Positions 61,569-64,000 of a stretch of 64,000 bases of DNA are shown here, piece by piece. Origin of the DNA: an uncultured Actinomycetota bacterium (GTDB lineage Bacteria; Actinomycetota; Actinomycetes; Propionibacteriales; Nocardioidaceae). Position 1 is the stretch's first letter; every line of letters starts with the position of its first letter. Made by a program: the position numbers and the translations under genes. The notes beneath the pieces are model-generated. The model worked only from the letters and a program-made list of their open reading frames with translations, ran no database searches and was not told where the DNA came from. The stretch is from assembly GCA_963842565.1 (NCBI GenBank), contig CAWJGX010000011.1, forward strand, positions 51,519 to 115,518, read 5' to 3'.

Positions 61569-62438
61569 TCAGTAGATCGGCGGAAGCTCGCTCGCGCTGC
61601 CGGTGAACTCGGGGTCGCGCTTGTCCCGGAAGGCGGCGACGCCTTCCTTGCCGTCGAGCTGGCTGGCGTGCCACATGGCCAGGCTGTCCGCGCGATGCGC
61701 CTCGATCGGGTGGTCGACCGCGCTGTTGCGGTAGAGCAGCTGCTTGGCCAGTCCGAGCGCGATCGGCGACCGGTGCACGACGAAGCTGCGGGCCAGGTCG
61801 AGTGCGGCCTGCACCAGCTCGTCCGGCTCGTGCAGCGAACGGACCAGGCGCCCTTCGAGCGCCTGGTCGGCGGTGAGGATGTCGGCGGAGTAGACCCACT
61901 CCAGCGCCTGCTGGAGGCCGACGATGCGCGGCAGGAACCAGGTCGAGGCAGCCTCGGGGACGATGCCGAGCCGCCCGAAGACGAAGCCGATCCGGGCCTT
62001 GGTCGAGGCGAGCCGGATGTCCATGGCCAGCGTCATCGTGGCGCCGATGCCGACGGCCGCGCCGTTGATCGCCGCGATCACCGGCTTGGGCAGCTCGTGG
62101 ATCGCCAGGGTCACCTTGCCCCCGGTGTCACGGACTCCCTGCTCGATGTCGGGGTCGTGCAGCCGGTCACGGAGGTCCGCGGGCGTCGGGGAGAGGGACT
62201 CGTCGAGCCCGAAGACGTTGCCGTCGGCGGAGAGGTCCATGCCGGCGCAGAAGGCGCGTCCCGCGCCGGTGACCACGACCGCACGGATCGAGTCGTCGGT
62301 CGCGTCGTCGCGGAAGAACTGCTCGAGCTCGCGCGCCATCGTGACCGTGAAGGAGTTCAGGGCGTCCGGCCGGTCGAGGGTGAGGAGGGCGACACCGTCG
62401 TCGTCGACCTCGATGCTGATCGTCTCGTACTGGTTCAC
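61569..62438 (-). CDS. Crotonase/enoyl-CoA hydratase family
   Basis: LDRPDALN, FCAGMDL, INGAAVGIG, GIVPEA, EGVAAFRDKR. Confidence 0.93.
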   Translation of the reverse strand: MNQYETISIEVDDDGVALLTLDRPDALNSFTVTMARELEQFFRDDATDDSIRAVVVTGAGRAFCAGMDLSADGNVFGLDESLSPTPADLRDRLHDPDIEQGVRDTGGKVTLAIHELPKPVIAAINGAAVGIGATMTLAMDIRLASTKARIGFVFGRLGIVPEAASTWFLPRIVGLQQALEWVYSADILTADQALEGRLVRSLHEPDELVQAALDLARSFVVHRSPIALGLAKQLLYRNSAVDHPIEAHRADSLAMWHASQLDGKEGVAAFRDKRDPEFTGSASELPPIY

Positions 62439-62462
62439 GTTCCCACTCTCACTCGTGGTGGC

Positions 62463-63665
62463 TCACTCGTTGACACCGGGGAGCCCGGTCGGGGTGCACA
62501 ACCGCTTCGGGATGTCTGCCGTGCGGTCGGTCTTGACCAGCTTCAGCAACCGCAGGGCGCGCTGACGGTCCCAGTGGATCGCCTGGTCGGCGATGGGCAT
62601 GGAGCAGGTCAGCCCCGCGCTGCCGTTGACCCTGGTCATCGCCAGGCCGAACTTCGCGAGCGCGATCGGACCGGTGCCCTTGCTGATGACCAGGGACGAG
62701 GTGGCCGCCTTGTTGACGCGGAAGTAGCGGATCGGGTTGATGAAGGTCCAGGGCGACTTCACCTCCGAACCGATGGCGCTGACGACCTCGCGCTGGTGGC
62801 GGGCACGGTCGATGTCGCCGTACTTGCTGACGTGGCGGGACCTGGCGTAGCCGAGCGCCTGCACACCGTCCACCTCCTGGCAGCCCTTCTTGATCCGCAG
62901 GTTGGCGCGGCGGTCGACCATGCGCTGGGTGGGACAGATCGTGATGCCGCCGACGGCGTCCACGGAGTTCACGAAGCCGCCGAAGCCGATCTCGACGTAG
63001 TGGTCGACGCGTACGCCGGTGTTCTGCTCGATGGTCCGGACCAGGAGCCGGGGGCCGCCGAGGGCGAAGGCGGAGTTGATCTTCGTCGTCCCGTGCCCGG
63101 GCACGTCGACGAGCGAGTCGCGGGGGATCGAGAGCAGCAGACTGGGTCCGTCGCCCGTGTGCAGCAGCATGATCGTGTCGGTGCGCTGCCCGACGTCGCC
63201 GACCCCACCGGTGCCGAGTCGCTTGTTCTCCGCGGCCGAGAGGCCCTTGCGGCTGTCGGAGCCGACCAGGAGGTACGTCGAACCGGGCTGCTCGGCCGGG
63301 CGGGCCCCTGCGGGTGCGGCGTCGACCTTCTCGATGTTGCTCCAGGCCCACAGCGGGACGGCGACCAGGTAGACGAGCCAGGCCACCAGCAGGACCACGA
63401 CGACCTTGCCCCAGCGGATCTTCCTGCCCGGTCCCCGTGGTCCCCGGGGTCCCTGGGACTCCGAGGGCGCCGAGGGCGGCCCCTTCGGGGGCGCCACGGG
63501 TTGCGCGGGCTGGACGGGTCGGCGAGGCGGCGCGGCGGTCGGCCGGTCGATCTTCGGCATCACCTGGGTGGGCTCGGGGTCCTCGGAACCACTCGGTGGC
63601 CGGTTCTCCTTCTTGCCGTAGAGCCAGCCGTAGTCAGGTCCGTCGCTGCTCCCTCGCTCAGGCAT
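62463..63665 (-). CDS. LCP (LytR-CpsA-Psr) family protein
   Basis: TM helix, LLVGSDSR, RTDTIMLL, SIPRDS, KINSAF, DIDRARHQR. Confidence 0.95.
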   Translation of the reverse strand: MPERGSSDGPDYGWLYGKKENRPPSGSEDPEPTQVMPKIDRPTAAPPRRPVQPAQPVAPPKGPPSAPSESQGPRGPRGPGRKIRWGKVVVVLLVAWLVYLVAVPLWAWSNIEKVDAAPAGARPAEQPGSTYLLVGSDSRKGLSAAENKRLGTGGVGDVGQRTDTIMLLHTGDGPSLLLSIPRDSLVDVPGHGTTKINSAFALGGPRLLVRTIEQNTGVRVDHYVEIGFGGFVNSVDAVGGITICPTQRMVDRRANLRIKKGCQEVDGVQALGYARSRHVSKYGDIDRARHQREVVSAIGSEVKSPWTFINPIRYFRVNKAATSSLVISKGTGPIALAKFGLAMTRVNGSAGLTCSMPIADQAIHWDRQRALRLLKLVKTDRTADIPKRLCTPTGLPGVNE

Positions 63666-63688
63666 GGGCAGACGCTACCGTGCTGGCC

Positions 63689-64000
63689 ATGGCCACCCAG
63701 CAGGATCTCGAGGACAGCGAGTCACCCGCGTCCCTCCCCGCCTCGTTCGGGCGAGTCAGCCTCACCCTGCTCGCCGGTCAGGCCCACGTGAACCTGCTCG
63801 GCAACGTCCACGGTGGCGAGGTGATGCGGCTCGTCGACTCGACCGCCGGTGCCGTGGCGCAACGGCACAGCAGGGGACCGGCCGTCACGGCCGCGATGGA
63901 CGAGATGGCCTTCCTCGCACCGGTGCACGTCGGTGACATCCTGCGCGCGTCGGCCCAGGTCAACTGGGCCGGACGCACGTCGATGGAGGTCGGCGTACGC
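63689..64000 (+). CDS. Acyl-CoA thioesterase, hotdog fold (partial; runs off window end)
   Basis: Not in the ORF track. NLLGNVHGGEVMRLVD, AVTAAMDEMAFLAPVHVGD, GRTSMEV. Confidence 0.9.
   Translation, partial: MATQQDLEDSESPASLPASFGRVSLTLLAGQAHVNLLGNVHGGEVMRLVDSTAGAVAQRHSRGPAVTAAMDEMAFLAPVHVGDILRASAQVNWAGRTSMEVGVR

Overview
High-GC actinobacterial chromosome segment; gene content and style suggest a Nocardioides/Marmoricola-like organism (inference). It holds about 65 mostly metabolic or regulatory CDSs, including furA-katG, ppsR-ppsA, metY-metX, gpgS-folP2, paaK, npdG, a GH3 glucosidase, a carotenoid oxygenase and a DosR-type stress block. I saw no rRNA, tRNA, CRISPR array or transposase. About a dozen otherwise intact genes carry single-base frameshifts, most likely long-read assembly errors. 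The most interesting signals are: (1) a four-gene operon of ECF sigma factor, putative anti-sigma, cytoplasmic S8 subtilase and TPR-CHAT caspase-like protease (56218-61452); (2) a small Cys-containing protein translationally coupled to a DUF6895-like helical-barrel enzyme (44424-45910), a possible peptide-modification pair; (3) an isolated small protein with WCGT and LNPQPLPP motifs (5577-5834); and (4) an ECF-promoter-like motif, [T/G]GTATC-N16-GC(C)TC, upstream of all three loci, which suggests one protease-controlled sigma regulon. The window also has a three-copy palindromic REP-like repeat, several readable operators and two small ORFs missing from the track. Family assignments come from recognising motifs by eye; no database was searched.
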